Positions 8,426-18,341 of a stretch of DNA of 64,000 nucleotides are shown here, piece after piece. Numbering within the stretch: position 1 is the first letter of the stretch; each line of letters starts with the position of its first letter. The DNA is from a virus. The position numbers and the translations under genes are program-made. The DNA is taken from IMG/VR virus record IMGVR_UViG_3300025010_000005, positions 36,705 through 100,704 of that record; one strand, written 5' to 3'. The notes under the pieces were generated by a model. The model ran no database searches. It had not been told where the DNA came from and worked only from the letters and a program-made list of their open reading frames with translations.

Positions 8426-8661
8426 TAATCTCTCCTGCCATATTGAATAAGTTTAAGAAATTGATTTAACCCCATTTCAAACTTCTCGTTATCCTTCTCA
8501 CTATATAAAATAACCGAGTTCGTTTCTTTTTCATATGAAAACACATGACAGTTTCCGTATATATTATGTTCGTCGTCGTCCTTAAATGAAACACTCATTC
8601 CTGGTGTTGGAAAATAAAGAATATTACTCAATTTTTCTCCTTTTAAAATAATTGTAAACAA
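8425..8661 (-). CDS. hypothetical protein
   Basis: coupled to the next gene (1-nt overlap); start uncertain. Confidence 0.55.
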   Translation of the reverse strand: MFTIILKGEKLSNILYFPTPGMSVSFKDDDEHNIYGNCHVFSYEKETNSVILYSEKDNEKFEMGLNQFLKLIQYGRRD

Positions 8662-8679
8662 TTTTGGAAAGGATTTTTT

Positions 8680-9000
8680 ATGTATCCAAGAAAAACATCT
8701 GATTTGGTAAAAACATATTCGCTTGATTCTAGAATCAGATTAGAAACCGGATTAAATTCTGGTTCACTTCACCTTTACTTTCTTATCAAGAAATATCAAT
8801 ATACTTACAATATCTCTTTGCGTCAATATTCTAAATTAATGGGAATATCATTAAGGGCTGTCGTGAGATTGATAAGACCACTTTATGCTTTGGGTTACAT
8901 CGAAGCAGAGTGTAAAGATCTTCAAACTTCCGGCAAACCAAATGTTATTAGCATTGTAAAGAATATTAGCCTTTCCGATTACGATGAAGATGGAAATTAA
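8680..9000 (+). CDS. winged helix-turn-helix DNA-binding protein
   Basis: AAAGGA SD; SLRQYSKLMGISLRAVVRLIRPLYALGYI HTH. Confidence 0.75.
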   Translation: MYPRKTSDLVKTYSLDSRIRLETGLNSGSLHLYFLIKKYQYTYNISLRQYSKLMGISLRAVVRLIRPLYALGYIEAECKDLQTSGKPNVISIVKNISLSDYDEDGN

Positions 9001-9233
9001 TTTCTTCGCTTTTCAATTAGATATTTAATGAAGTTAGTATATTCTGGTTGGAAACTAAGTTTGTACCAAGTTAACTCACAATCTTCGACAACATCCAAAA
9101 TTGCCATATCTTCGTATTCAGACTTTTTATGCATTTTGACGTACACTTTACTAGAAAATTCTTTCAAAAGTTGCATAAGGAAAAGTTTTTCATAGTCATT
9201 GCGGATTTCAACATAGTCTGTTAGATCGTTCAT
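8997..9233 (-). CDS. hypothetical protein
   Basis: AAAGGA SD. Confidence 0.65.
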   Translation of the reverse strand: MNDLTDYVEIRNDYEKLFLMQLLKEFSSKVYVKMHKKSEYEDMAILDVVEDCELTWYKLSFQPEYTNFIKYLIEKRRN

Positions 9234-9351
9234 AATTCATTTCCTTTCTATATTTGTACTACATTTAATTTTCAAGGTTCTATTTAAAGTAAAATAATAT
9301 TAGATAGAATTTATTTTTGCAAAAAACTCATCAAATGTTATGGAGAGATAA

Positions 9352-10599
9352 ATGACAAATGAGCCATTTAAGTTAACCATCCCGATTACACGAGCGTATA
9401 AAAAAGATGGCAAGATGATGATTGACGGGGTTGCCTCTTCAACCGCTCTTGATACCTATGATACCATATTTGCGCGTAGTTGTCAAGAGAATTTTAGTAT
9501 TCTTATCAACGAGTCAAGTGAATCAGATGACCCTATTCAACTAGAAGCCGAGCATAAAGGCGACGAAGAGCCGATGAATATCCTTGGCCCTATTCAAAGT
9601 GCATGCGTAACTCCAGATGATGAATTATTTATTGTTGGCCGCTTAGATGAAAAGAACCCTAAAGCGGTGTTTTACTATGATTTGTTAACAAATCCAGATC
9701 CAAAACTTGGTAGACCTAGAATGCTTGGCCTATCAATTAATGGTGTTGTCGAAGAGGCTCACTGGGAGTATCGTGAAGATTTACAAAGAAACATTCGAGT
9801 CTTCGATAAAGTCAAATTGCTTAAAGTTGGTATTGTACGTTATCCAAGTAATCCAAATACATATTTGGAAAAAATGATTAGAAGCGTTGATTGGGACGCA
9901 ATTGAGAAAAAGGAGATCGAGTTAATGTCTGATAATATCGAAACTGCTGTTGTGGAGGAAACTGTTGATGTTGAAATTCGTTCTGATGAAGTTGTCTCCG
10001 ATTCAACCGATTCAACCGTTACAGAAACCGAAACCAGTGAAGAAGTAGAACGTGCTTGTAATTGTGATCCCGAAAAAGATTGTACCTGTAATAAAGAAGA
10101 AGTTATTGAAGAAGAACGTGCAATGGATACCAGCGATGTTGCAGTTCAAACAGAAGATGTTGAAGAAACTTGTGATGAACAACGATCTGAAGAAGTTGTA
10201 GAGACAGTTGAAGAAGAAGTTGTTCGTGAAGATAATATCGAAAAAATGGCTGAAATTATGGCAAAGATGATTTGTGAACTTAAAGACGAACTTACTCGCT
10301 CAATTGACGAACTCAAATCTAAAGTGGAAATTATTGAATCTGAAAAATCAGAATTGGTTGAGAGAGTTGCTGTTCTGGAAACCGAAAAGGTTGAATTAGT
10401 AACAAGAATGGCTGTTATGGAAAAAACTCCCACAACTTCTCCTGGCGCTCAATTGGTTGGAAATGTTGTTCGTGCAGAAAAAAGACCTGCTAAGGGTTCA
10501 CAAGCAGAATATGAATTACTTCTTCGCGAAGCAGAGGCTAAAGGCGATAAAGAAACAGTTAAGAAATTAATGATTCTTAATCTATTTAAAACCACCTAG
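9352..10599 (+). CDS. prohead maturation protease fused to acidic scaffold region
   Basis: GVASS..LD, EAEH, GLSING, GIVRYPSNP HK97-like protease motifs; acidic/coiled-coil C-terminal half; lies upstream of capsid. Confidence 0.85.
   Translation: MTNEPFKLTIPITRAYKKDGKMMIDGVASSTALDTYDTIFARSCQENFSILINESSESDDPIQLEAEHKGDEEPMNILGPIQSACVTPDDELFIVGRLDEKNPKAVFYYDLLTNPDPKLGRPRMLGLSINGVVEEAHWEYREDLQRNIRVFDKVKLLKVGIVRYPSNPNTYLEKMIRSVDWDAIEKKEIELMSDNIETAVVEETVDVEIRSDEVVSDSTDSTVTETETSEEVERACNCDPEKDCTCNKEEVIEEERAMDTSDVAVQTEDVEETCDEQRSEEVVETVEEEVVREDNIEKMAEIMAKMICELKDELTRSIDELKSKVEIIESEKSELVERVAVLETEKVELVTRMAVMEKTPTTSPGAQLVGNVVRAEKRPAKGSQAEYELLLREAEAKGDKETVKKLMILNLFKTT
9925..10599 (+). CDS. putative scaffold protein from in-frame internal start
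   Basis: AAGGAG at 9910-9915 precedes in-frame ATG 9925 at the protease/acidic boundary. Confidence 0.6.
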   Translation: MSDNIETAVVEETVDVEIRSDEVVSDSTDSTVTETETSEEVERACNCDPEKDCTCNKEEVIEEERAMDTSDVAVQTEDVEETCDEQRSEEVVETVEEEVVREDNIEKMAEIMAKMICELKDELTRSIDELKSKVEIIESEKSELVERVAVLETEKVELVTRMAVMEKTPTTSPGAQLVGNVVRAEKRPAKGSQAEYELLLREAEAKGDKETVKKLMILNLFKTT

Positions 10600-10610
10600 A
10601 TTGTTGTTAT

Positions 10611-10636
10611 GAGCGGACTTTATGTCCGCTCTTTTT
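10611..10636 (+). terminator. intrinsic terminator
   Basis: GAGCGGAC-tttat-GTCCGCTC then T5. Confidence 0.8.
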
Positions 10637-10757
10637 GATGTAAAATAATAGTATGACTATGGATAGGATGGAGTAATTAACCGTCCGACAAGAGCCTCCC
10701 TACTCTTCCATCTGTCTTTTTTTTATAGGGATTTTTGAAAGACATGGGGAGACAAAT

Positions 10758-11642
10758 ATGCCTATTAAATTTACTACCGAATATTTTAAAAATTTTGTTG
10801 AAAATAAATATCCGGGATATAGCATTATTGACGAATATAAAGGTGTTATTACAGAGATTAATTTTATCCACAACGAGTGTGGAACAATTTTTCTTAAAAA
10901 ACCTCATAGTGCGATCAACAGAAATTGTTTTTGTCCTGTATGTTGTAAAAACACTATATTTGAAAAAGATTTATTTACAAAATGGCTTAAAAAAAATAGA
11001 CCTGATTTTGAGTTTATATCTGAATATACTGATAAAATTCGTAGAGTTGTTTTAAAACATAATTGCGGAAATTTACTAGATGTTAGTTATGGCTCATTTA
11101 GAAGCGGAAAGGGTTGTCCAAAATGTAACGGTGGTGTTAGAAAAACTCACGAAGAATTTACAAAATGGATGCATGAAAATAGAAGCGATTATAAGGTTGT
11201 TGGTGTTTATAAAAACTCATCAACAAAAATTGAAGTCGTTCATGAACAATGTAAAAAATCTTGGTTTGTTTTGCCAGGGGATTTAATTCAATTTGTAAAT
11301 TGTCCTCATTGTCACATAAGTAAAGGCGAACAAGAAGTAGAAAAATATTTAATTAAAAATAATATAAAATATGAGAGAGAATTTAAATTCAAAGATTGTA
11401 AAAACATAAAAGAATTAAAATTTGATTTTTTGGTAAAATATAACGATGAAAATATTTTAATAGAATATCAGGGAATTCAACATTATGAACCAGTAAAACT
11501 TTTTGGTGGAATTAAAAAATTTGAAGCAAGTAAAAAAAGAGATTTAATAAAAAAAGAATATTGCGAACAAAATAATATAAAATTGATTTGTATAAAATAT
11601 AACGAATGTATTAGTAATAAATTAAATAAAGAATTTAATTAA
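10758..11642 (+). CDS. free-standing endonuclease: repeated zinc-ribbon modules plus C-terminal Vsr/PD-(D/E)XK-like nuclease
   Basis: three HxxC..CPxC repeats; SKGE, FDF, IEYQGIQHY, D..K..YC motifs; very AT-rich insertion between protease and capsid genes. Confidence 0.85.
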   Translation: MPIKFTTEYFKNFVENKYPGYSIIDEYKGVITEINFIHNECGTIFLKKPHSAINRNCFCPVCCKNTIFEKDLFTKWLKKNRPDFEFISEYTDKIRRVVLKHNCGNLLDVSYGSFRSGKGCPKCNGGVRKTHEEFTKWMHENRSDYKVVGVYKNSSTKIEVVHEQCKKSWFVLPGDLIQFVNCPHCHISKGEQEVEKYLIKNNIKYEREFKFKDCKNIKELKFDFLVKYNDENILIEYQGIQHYEPVKLFGGIKKFEASKKRDLIKKEYCEQNNIKLICIKYNECISNKLNKEFN

Positions 11643-11772
11643 AATAATATACGTGTTAATCTTTTATTGAATTTCCACTTGAAAAAGTTTTGCGATTCAA
11701 TGTAAGCATAAATTAACATGAGATATGTAGTAGAAGTTTATTATTATTTTTTCTTACGAAAGGAAAAAACAA

Positions 11773-12690
11773 ATGTCTGATAAGTACGAACTAATTTTAA
11801 GAGCGCTCAACACAAGCGCAACAGCTTTACAACCTGAAGATCTTTCCAGATTAATGGAACTTATTACTCCCCGTGATGTTCCAATGTTTTCTCGCCTTGC
11901 TCGTTCCAAAGCAACCGGCCTTCTTCACGAGTGGGTAGAATCTTCATTAACAGCATCTTTCACCGCTGGTGCATATGCTGATGGTGGAATCCCTGCTGGT
12001 CATGATAACACCCACGTTCGTAAAGACAACAAGGTTATGTCTGTTGGTCGTATCGCTTCTGCTACCAACCTAATGCGTGCAGTTGACACCATCGGTGCTT
12101 CTGATGCATTGGCTCTTGAACTAGAAGAAAAAATGGTTGACATTATGCGCGTTATTGAATATTACATCTTCAATGGCGACCGCGACAACACAAGCCCCCA
12201 AGAGATGGACGGCCTTCTAAACATTATCACAACTGGTAATGGCGCTACAGAAATTGATGGCGTTTCTGGTTATCTAACTGAGGCCGTACTTCAGTCTGCT
12301 CTAGTTGGTTGTTATAACAATGGTGGTTCCCCTAACATCATCGTTGCTCGTCCAGAAGTTGCTCAACGTATTGCCAATTTCACAGACGATAAGATTCGTT
12401 TCAACGGTGCTGGTGGTGGTGCTGGTGGTGTTGGAGCCGAAGGTCTTCGTTACCTTAACCCATTTGGCCCTTCCCTAGATGTTATTCCTGTTCGTAGTTC
12501 TTTCCTACCTTCCGGTAATGTTCTAGTCCTAGACTCAAGCAAGATTAAGTTGGCCTTCCTTTCTAACCTAATCGAAATCCTTCCTCTTGCTATTACCACA
12601 GACGCCGAGAGCAAACTACTTAAGGCTTATCTAACTCTAGAATGTCGCGCAGTTGCTCATCACGCTCTTATCAAGAACGTTGCTGATTAA
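11773..12690 (+). CDS. major capsid protein
   Basis: position, size, highly biased codons, HEWVE and MDGL motifs, strong terminator downstream. Confidence 0.9.
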   Translation: MSDKYELILRALNTSATALQPEDLSRLMELITPRDVPMFSRLARSKATGLLHEWVESSLTASFTAGAYADGGIPAGHDNTHVRKDNKVMSVGRIASATNLMRAVDTIGASDALALELEEKMVDIMRVIEYYIFNGDRDNTSPQEMDGLLNIITTGNGATEIDGVSGYLTEAVLQSALVGCYNNGGSPNIIVARPEVAQRIANFTDDKIRFNGAGGGAGGVGAEGLRYLNPFGPSLDVIPVRSSFLPSGNVLVLDSSKIKLAFLSNLIEILPLAITTDAESKLLKAYLTLECRAVAHHALIKNVAD

Positions 12691-12706
12691 GACTAGATTA
12701 AACTTT

Positions 12707-12737
12707 GAAGCCCCTCGAAAGAGGGGCTTCTTTTTTT
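12707..12737 (+). terminator. intrinsic terminator
   Basis: GAAGCCCCTC-gaaa-GAGGGGCTTC then T7. Confidence 0.9.
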
Positions 12738-12785
12738 GTTTGTAAAGTAATTTGTGAGTTTAACTTAAAATAAAAAGGAGTAAAA

Positions 12786-13397
12786 ATGTACATTACTTAC
12801 GAAGAATTTATTAATTCTCCTTATGGTGCAGAATATAATCCTGTATCTGGGTCTATTTTTGAAACAAGTGGAAATGTTGTAGACTTTCTTGAAAGTGTTT
12901 CTTCTATTATTGATTTATATTGTGGAAGAACTTTTGACATTGTTTTATATGAAGAAACTAAATATGGATTAAGTGGAAAATCAATTTTCTTAGACAATAT
13001 TCCTGTAACTGGAATTGTTTCTATTGAATGGTCAACTGGATTTGGCTCTTCTGGTGTGGTTTCACCCACTTCATATTTATTGCTTAAACCAGAAGGTAGA
13101 ATCATTTCTCAATTAAGTTTAAAGCAAGATTTTCTATATACAATCAAATATCACGCCGGATTTTCTGTAATTCCAGATCCAATTAGATACGCAACATTGG
13201 TTCTTGCAAAAACACTTACTCAATCTCTTGAATCTGGATCTCTTGGAATTCCTGATGGTGGAACACTTACATCATTCAAGTTTGGTAAGTTTGCAGAAGA
13301 GTATGCAAACTCTCAACAAAAATATACAGATTACGCCGAGGCGATACCGCCAACTGTCTGCGCCATCCTTAAAAAATATAGATATATGAAGGCATAA
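12786..13397 (+). CDS. head-tail adaptor protein
   Basis: MYIT.EE, IDLYCGRTF, YHAGF..IP..I, ILKKYR motifs; follows capsid gene. Confidence 0.8.
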   Translation: MYITYEEFINSPYGAEYNPVSGSIFETSGNVVDFLESVSSIIDLYCGRTFDIVLYEETKYGLSGKSIFLDNIPVTGIVSIEWSTGFGSSGVVSPTSYLLLKPEGRIISQLSLKQDFLYTIKYHAGFSVIPDPIRYATLVLAKTLTQSLESGSLGIPDGGTLTSFKFGKFAEEYANSQQKYTDYAEAIPPTVCAILKKYRYMKA

Positions 13398-13399
13398 TT

Positions 13400-13792
13400 A
13401 TGAATCCATATTCGTTAAGATCAAAACTACACAAAAGAGTAATGGAAAATCTTGGTATTGCCACAAAAATTCTTAGAGCAAAAGAAGTTGCAAAAGATTT
13501 ATATGGCGAACCAATTGAAACTCCATGGCCTTTTGATGAATATATTTTAAAGATTGTTATTGATTCTGAAAAAATTGATCAAAAAAATTCATCAGTTGGT
13601 TCTGGCGCAGATCCCAAAAAAGAATATATTTATTTTTATTGCGATGGTGATTTTGATATTCGTGTTGGTGATAAATTAGTTTATCCTGCAAATTCTACAA
13701 GTCAATGGTTTGTTGATTTCATTGAACCTGTTGTACTTCGTGGAGTTCCTATTATTTGTGAAGTCAAGGCATATAAAGATGATCGATATTAA
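13400..13792 (+). CDS. head closure/stopper protein
   Basis: DIRVGDKL motif; synteny. Confidence 0.65.
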   Translation: MNPYSLRSKLHKRVMENLGIATKILRAKEVAKDLYGEPIETPWPFDEYILKIVIDSEKIDQKNSSVGSGADPKKEYIYFYCDGDFDIRVGDKLVYPANSTSQWFVDFIEPVVLRGVPIICEVKAYKDDRY

Positions 13793-14411
13793 AGTAATTC
13801 CAAAAACGAGTAATAAAGATTTGCCTCATTTTATTCTTTTACTAAAAGACATTGATTTAAATATGCCAAGAATTGTTAAACTAGTTCTTCGTGAGATCGC
13901 AAGAGCTTCTGTTAGAAAAGCACAATCTTATATTCGCGGAACAAGAAAACCAAAACCTTTCTCTGGTGGCCCAGGAGGTTCTATACCTTGGACTCCATTA
14001 TATAATATTGGCCCCAAAATGGGTGAATCAACAATGTTATGGAACAAAACTTCTCGTAAATCCAAAACAGGTAGTTCTCATCCATTATCTGATGAAGGTG
14101 GTTTGGAAAAGTCATTAAAGTTTTGGGATTTAAAATATGGGACTCATAGTGCGTCTGTAAAAGTTGGTATTTTGGATTCACATTATGCAAAAGTCGGCCT
14201 TAAGCAGGAATATGGTGGATCTAACCCATTAAAAGGACATAAAAGAATTCCTTCAAGACCTTTTCTTTTTCCAGCAATTATGGATGTTAAAAACGATCCA
14301 AGATTGAAATCAAAAATAAAAAATAGAATTACTAGAATGTTAGAGGCATCAAGACAAACTGGTGCTATAAAAATATCAGAAGATATGTTTGAAGGTATAG
14401 GTGAAGAATAA
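13779..14411 (+). CDS. neck/tail completion protein (virion morphogenesis family)
   Basis: QEYGG...IPSRPFLFPA motif; ATG 13779 preferred start. Confidence 0.75.
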   Translation: MIDIKVIPKTSNKDLPHFILLLKDIDLNMPRIVKLVLREIARASVRKAQSYIRGTRKPKPFSGGPGGSIPWTPLYNIGPKMGESTMLWNKTSRKSKTGSSHPLSDEGGLEKSLKFWDLKYGTHSASVKVGILDSHYAKVGLKQEYGGSNPLKGHKRIPSRPFLFPAIMDVKNDPRLKSKIKNRITRMLEASRQTGAIKISEDMFEGIGEE

Positions 14412-15134
14412 ATGAGACATATAGAGGATTTAATCCTGCAAACGTTGGTTAAAATTATTTCGGATGAAGTTAGCATTTCTAGTGGAAATATGTGGCTTCT
14501 TAACCCATCATCTGAATTTGTCAATTCACAAGAAGGCCCGAATAGTGTTTCTAAAGTTTCATATCCTGTTATCGGAATCCATTATATGTCAGATGTTGTT
14601 TACAAATATAACAACTATGGCGAGAATAAATATATTTACGATTCATCTGGAAATGTTACTGAGTACTCTCCGCTTGGTGAAGTTAAAATGCCTTTGGGTA
14701 TTTCGTTATACGCAAAATCAAGAAAAGATATGAGAGAATATGGGGACAAACTATATTCATTCCTTTTAAAAAATAAATTTATCGGTTTACAAAATGATTG
14801 TGTTACTGGTGAATATTTTGCTTTAAAATTTTTGACAAAGAAAGATACTTATGAGGAAATGCCATATCAAGAAATTTATATTATTGAATGTGCATCAAGA
14901 ATTTTTAAAGAGACATTTGCACCTAGAATTGATGAGATTGTGGTTACTATTGATACTGATATAGTTGACGGAGTATCTTGTACAAACGGCCCTGCATACA
15001 TAAATCCAGACGCAGAGATATTCGAACCAGGAACTATGTTGTTATATGACGAAACAGCCGGAGTTTATTATATTTTAGACTTTTTTAGAGATGGAGAAGC
15101 AACCTATATAGCTTCTGGTGCAAATTCGATGTAA
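14412..15134 (+). CDS. tail terminator-like protein
   Basis: YPVIGI motif; immediately upstream of sheath. Confidence 0.6.
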   Translation: MRHIEDLILQTLVKIISDEVSISSGNMWLLNPSSEFVNSQEGPNSVSKVSYPVIGIHYMSDVVYKYNNYGENKYIYDSSGNVTEYSPLGEVKMPLGISLYAKSRKDMREYGDKLYSFLLKNKFIGLQNDCVTGEYFALKFLTKKDTYEEMPYQEIYIIECASRIFKETFAPRIDEIVVTIDTDIVDGVSCTNGPAYINPDAEIFEPGTMLLYDETAGVYYILDFFRDGEATYIASGANSM

Positions 15135-15196
15135 AATAATATATGATGTTTTTTGTAAAATAAAGTAAGACCTTTTTTCTTGAGAGAGGAAACAAA

Positions 15197-16657
15197 ATGT
15201 TTGTAAACAGTTTCAATTCCATGATTACCCCAAACGTATTCCTTCGTGAAGCCGCTCCCGCTGCCGCAATTAGAGGTAGTGGTATCGGAACTATTGGTGT
15301 TGTTGTTCAGTCTATTCGCGGTCTTGTTGGCGTACCTACCGTTGTTTCCGATCTTTCAGACTATACCCGCAAGTTCGGTGACTATGATGTAGCAATCAAA
15401 GACGATTTTATGTATGTTTACAATATGCTAAAGCAAGGCGCTGATAGTTTGATGGTAGTTCGCGCTGTAGACGGAACTGCTGTTGTTGCATCTGGAACAG
15501 TTCAAGGAACTACATTCACACTGAAATCTGGCGGTACTTGGGGCAATGCCGTAACACTTACAATTGCTGCTTCTACCGTTTCAGGTTATGTCGATCTTTC
15601 ATTCAAATATGGCGCTAAAGAACAATATGACTACAAGCAAGTGCAATTCACTTCTACTACTGGAACTCGTTATTTCAAAGATGTTATCGAAGCTGCACCA
15701 GATGATTTCGTAAACGTTTTGGTCGCTGGAACAGTAAATCCTTCTGGTCAAGTTGTTTCCTTCGCTGGTGGAACAAACGGTACAACTGTTGGTTCTGCTG
15801 CTGCTGATAGCATCTATGTTGGTACAAATGCATCTGGTGGACTAACTGGTTTGGTTGCTTTTGAAGCAGAAGATTCAGTCAACTTTGTTTGTTCTGCTCG
15901 TAACACTGATACCGTTAACGCAGCCCTTCTTGCTCACGTTGCAATTGCCGGAGTAACACCTAGAATGGCAATCGTTTCACCTGCATCTGGAAAGACTGTT
16001 TCTGAGATGGTAACTCTTATGGCAACCTACAATCAAGACCAAGTTATCATGACTTACCCTTGGTTGCAAGTTGTTAATCCTTACAACAACAAGAAAGAAT
16101 ATCACGCCCCTAGTTCTTTCTATGCCGGTCTTCTTTCAACACTATCTTATGAACAATCTCCTTCACGCAAACAAATCCTTGGAGTTATTGGTAGCGAGCG
16201 TTCATTAACTAATGCAGAAGTTGACACACTAACTTCTAACCGCGTTTCACCAATCACTCTTATCTCTGGTCAAGGTTTTGTAGTTCGTAATGGCTATAAC
16301 ACTTCCTCAAATCCTGCACGTCAAAATATTACTCGTCGTCGTGCAGTAAACTTCTTTGCAACAGCATTTGAAGCTGGTTCACAACAATTCGTTTCTCGCC
16401 CACACACAGAAGCACTTCGTAACGATATTAAACGTGCTTTTGGTTCATTAATTGAGAATGAACTTGCTGTTGGTAAGATTGGCAATGTTAATGGTGGAAA
16501 AGTTTATGCCGTTAAGTGCGATTCCCAAAACAATCCTAATGAAGTAGTTCGCGCTAATCGTTGTATGGTAGATATTCAAATTAGTTTACTTGCACCAGCG
16601 GACTTCATCGCAGTTACTCTTGACGCAAGTGAAGCCAAAGTAGTTGACACTCAATAA
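15197..16657 (+). CDS. contractile tail sheath protein
   Basis: PNVFLRE, YTRKFG, GTWGN, YPW, VKCDSQNNP, PADFI sheath motifs. Confidence 0.95.
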   Translation: MFVNSFNSMITPNVFLREAAPAAAIRGSGIGTIGVVVQSIRGLVGVPTVVSDLSDYTRKFGDYDVAIKDDFMYVYNMLKQGADSLMVVRAVDGTAVVASGTVQGTTFTLKSGGTWGNAVTLTIAASTVSGYVDLSFKYGAKEQYDYKQVQFTSTTGTRYFKDVIEAAPDDFVNVLVAGTVNPSGQVVSFAGGTNGTTVGSAAADSIYVGTNASGGLTGLVAFEAEDSVNFVCSARNTDTVNAALLAHVAIAGVTPRMAIVSPASGKTVSEMVTLMATYNQDQVIMTYPWLQVVNPYNNKKEYHAPSSFYAGLLSTLSYEQSPSRKQILGVIGSERSLTNAEVDTLTSNRVSPITLISGQGFVVRNGYNTSSNPARQNITRRRAVNFFATAFEAGSQQFVSRPHTEALRNDIKRAFGSLIENELAVGKIGNVNGGKVYAVKCDSQNNPNEVVRANRCMVDIQISLLAPADFIAVTLDASEAKVVDTQ

Positions 16658-16727
16658 ACTTAAATAATTGTTGACAGGTTGCGGGGGTTATTCCCCGCAA
16701 CAAAATCTTATTAAAAGAGGTGTGTAA

Positions 16728-17237
16728 ATGGGAAAAGCGAGAGTTTGCGGTAGCAACGCAAAAATTTATGTTTATGATGAAAAGCAAGGCGAAATTCTTA
16801 TTGGTGAAGTTGATAAATTTAGCGCAAAAGACGCAAGTGATCTTAAAAAATATCGTTCACTCGGAACTGCTAAAATTGGTTCTCAAGCAATTTTTGGTGG
16901 TTGGGAAATTTCTTGTGATGGTGGTAAAGTCGATTGGAAGCTTGCTCAACTTATTCATGCTCAGGATGAAAGAATTGCCAATAGCGACTGTTCTGCACAG
17001 TTTTTCGTGATTCAGACTGTTGATTATTTTGACGGCATCCAAGATGCTTATAGATACGATGAAGTAACATTCCATGGTTACGAACTAGATTCCCCTATCG
17101 AAGAAATGACAGAAAAATTTAATGGTTTTAGTGGCGTTAATCGTGTTCAACTTACTGCTGCCGACGAAAGTTATAAAGAAGCAATTAAAACCAAATATAG
17201 TTCACTCGTTGACTATTTAATCAATAAGAAAGCGTAA
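16728..17237 (+). CDS. tail tube protein, paralog 1
   Basis: follows sheath; shares GEVD.F / GW / GKVDW.LA motifs with next three ORFs. Confidence 0.75.
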   Translation: MGKARVCGSNAKIYVYDEKQGEILIGEVDKFSAKDASDLKKYRSLGTAKIGSQAIFGGWEISCDGGKVDWKLAQLIHAQDERIANSDCSAQFFVIQTVDYFDGIQDAYRYDEVTFHGYELDSPIEEMTEKFNGFSGVNRVQLTAADESYKEAIKTKYSSLVDYLINKKA

Positions 17238-17250
17238 GGAGTGATACAAA

Positions 17251-17751
17251 ATGGGAACACCTAAACCAAGAGTTTTAGGCTCAAGAGCCACAATCAAAAT
17301 TGGTGAAATTAAAATTGGTGAAATCGAAAAGTTTGGTGCAAAAAATCTCAATGAGTTAAAAAAATCTCAACCACTTGGAGATAAGACTGTTACCTCTCAA
17401 GTAATTTTCAAAGGTTGGGATCTTAACTTTGAAGGTGGAAAAGTTGATTGGGATCTAGCCCAAATGATTCATCTTCAAGACAAACAAATTACCTCTGGTG
17501 GACGTTCACCTTTGTTCGAAGTAACCCAAGAGATTCTTTATTATAACAAAACAATTGAATGTTGGACTTATCCAGAAGTTAGCATTCACGGTTACGAAGT
17601 CAATATTCCAATGGAAGAAATCACAGAAAAGTTTGATGGTTTCTGTGGAAAACCAAGAGTTGCTTCTTCTGTTGACACTACAACTGTTGATAGCAAAACT
17701 TCAATTGCAAGATATTTAAAAGATAATTCAAAGGATTATACAGTATTATAA
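17251..17751 (+). CDS. tail tube protein, paralog 2
   Basis: GEIEKF, GWDLNFEGGKVDWDLA. Confidence 0.7.
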   Translation: MGTPKPRVLGSRATIKIGEIKIGEIEKFGAKNLNELKKSQPLGDKTVTSQVIFKGWDLNFEGGKVDWDLAQMIHLQDKQITSGGRSPLFEVTQEILYYNKTIECWTYPEVSIHGYEVNIPMEEITEKFDGFCGKPRVASSVDTTTVDSKTSIARYLKDNSKDYTVL

Positions 17752-17762
17752 GGATGAAATAA

Positions 17763-18341
17763 ATGGGAAAAGCCAGAATTCATGGCACAAATGTTCATCT
17801 TTACTTTATGCCGCAAGTTCCGCTTGCGGCTTTTGAACTAGGTGAAGTGGATGACTTTAAAGCCAAATCAAGAACGAAAATTATTCACTCAAGACCAATT
17901 GGAAGTGTTATAGAAGGTGCTACATTACAATATGGTGGTTGGGATTTAACTTTTGAAATGGGTAAAGTTGATTGGAAACTTTGTCATATGTATTATCTTC
18001 AAGATTTAGAATTAAGAGGAAATATTGTTCCTCCCAAGTATTCGATATTTGAAGAAATTCAACATTATGATGGAAGTATTGAACAATTTATATATCGAGA
18101 TGTTACATTGTTTAATCTTGATATTAGTAGACCATCTCAAGAATCAAAAGAAACGATTCAAGGATTTTCTCCAATTCGTGAAATTGGGCCATTATCTATT
18201 CCTAACCTTGTTGGGATTGATGAACTAAAAATGGAAGCTTATTTTGCTGCCAAACTTGCTTTAGATGCAAACGGTGGCGCTTTAAACGTTGTAAAAAATA
18301 CTACTGGAAGTATTGGAAAATGGATTTCGGGTGGTCAATAA
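17763..18341 (+). CDS. tail tube-like protein, paralog 3
   Basis: GEVDDF, GWDLTFEMGKVDWKL. Confidence 0.7.
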   Translation: MGKARIHGTNVHLYFMPQVPLAAFELGEVDDFKAKSRTKIIHSRPIGSVIEGATLQYGGWDLTFEMGKVDWKLCHMYYLQDLELRGNIVPPKYSIFEEIQHYDGSIEQFIYRDVTLFNLDISRPSQESKETIQGFSPIREIGPLSIPNLVGIDELKMEAYFAAKLALDANGGALNVVKNTTGSIGKWISGGQ

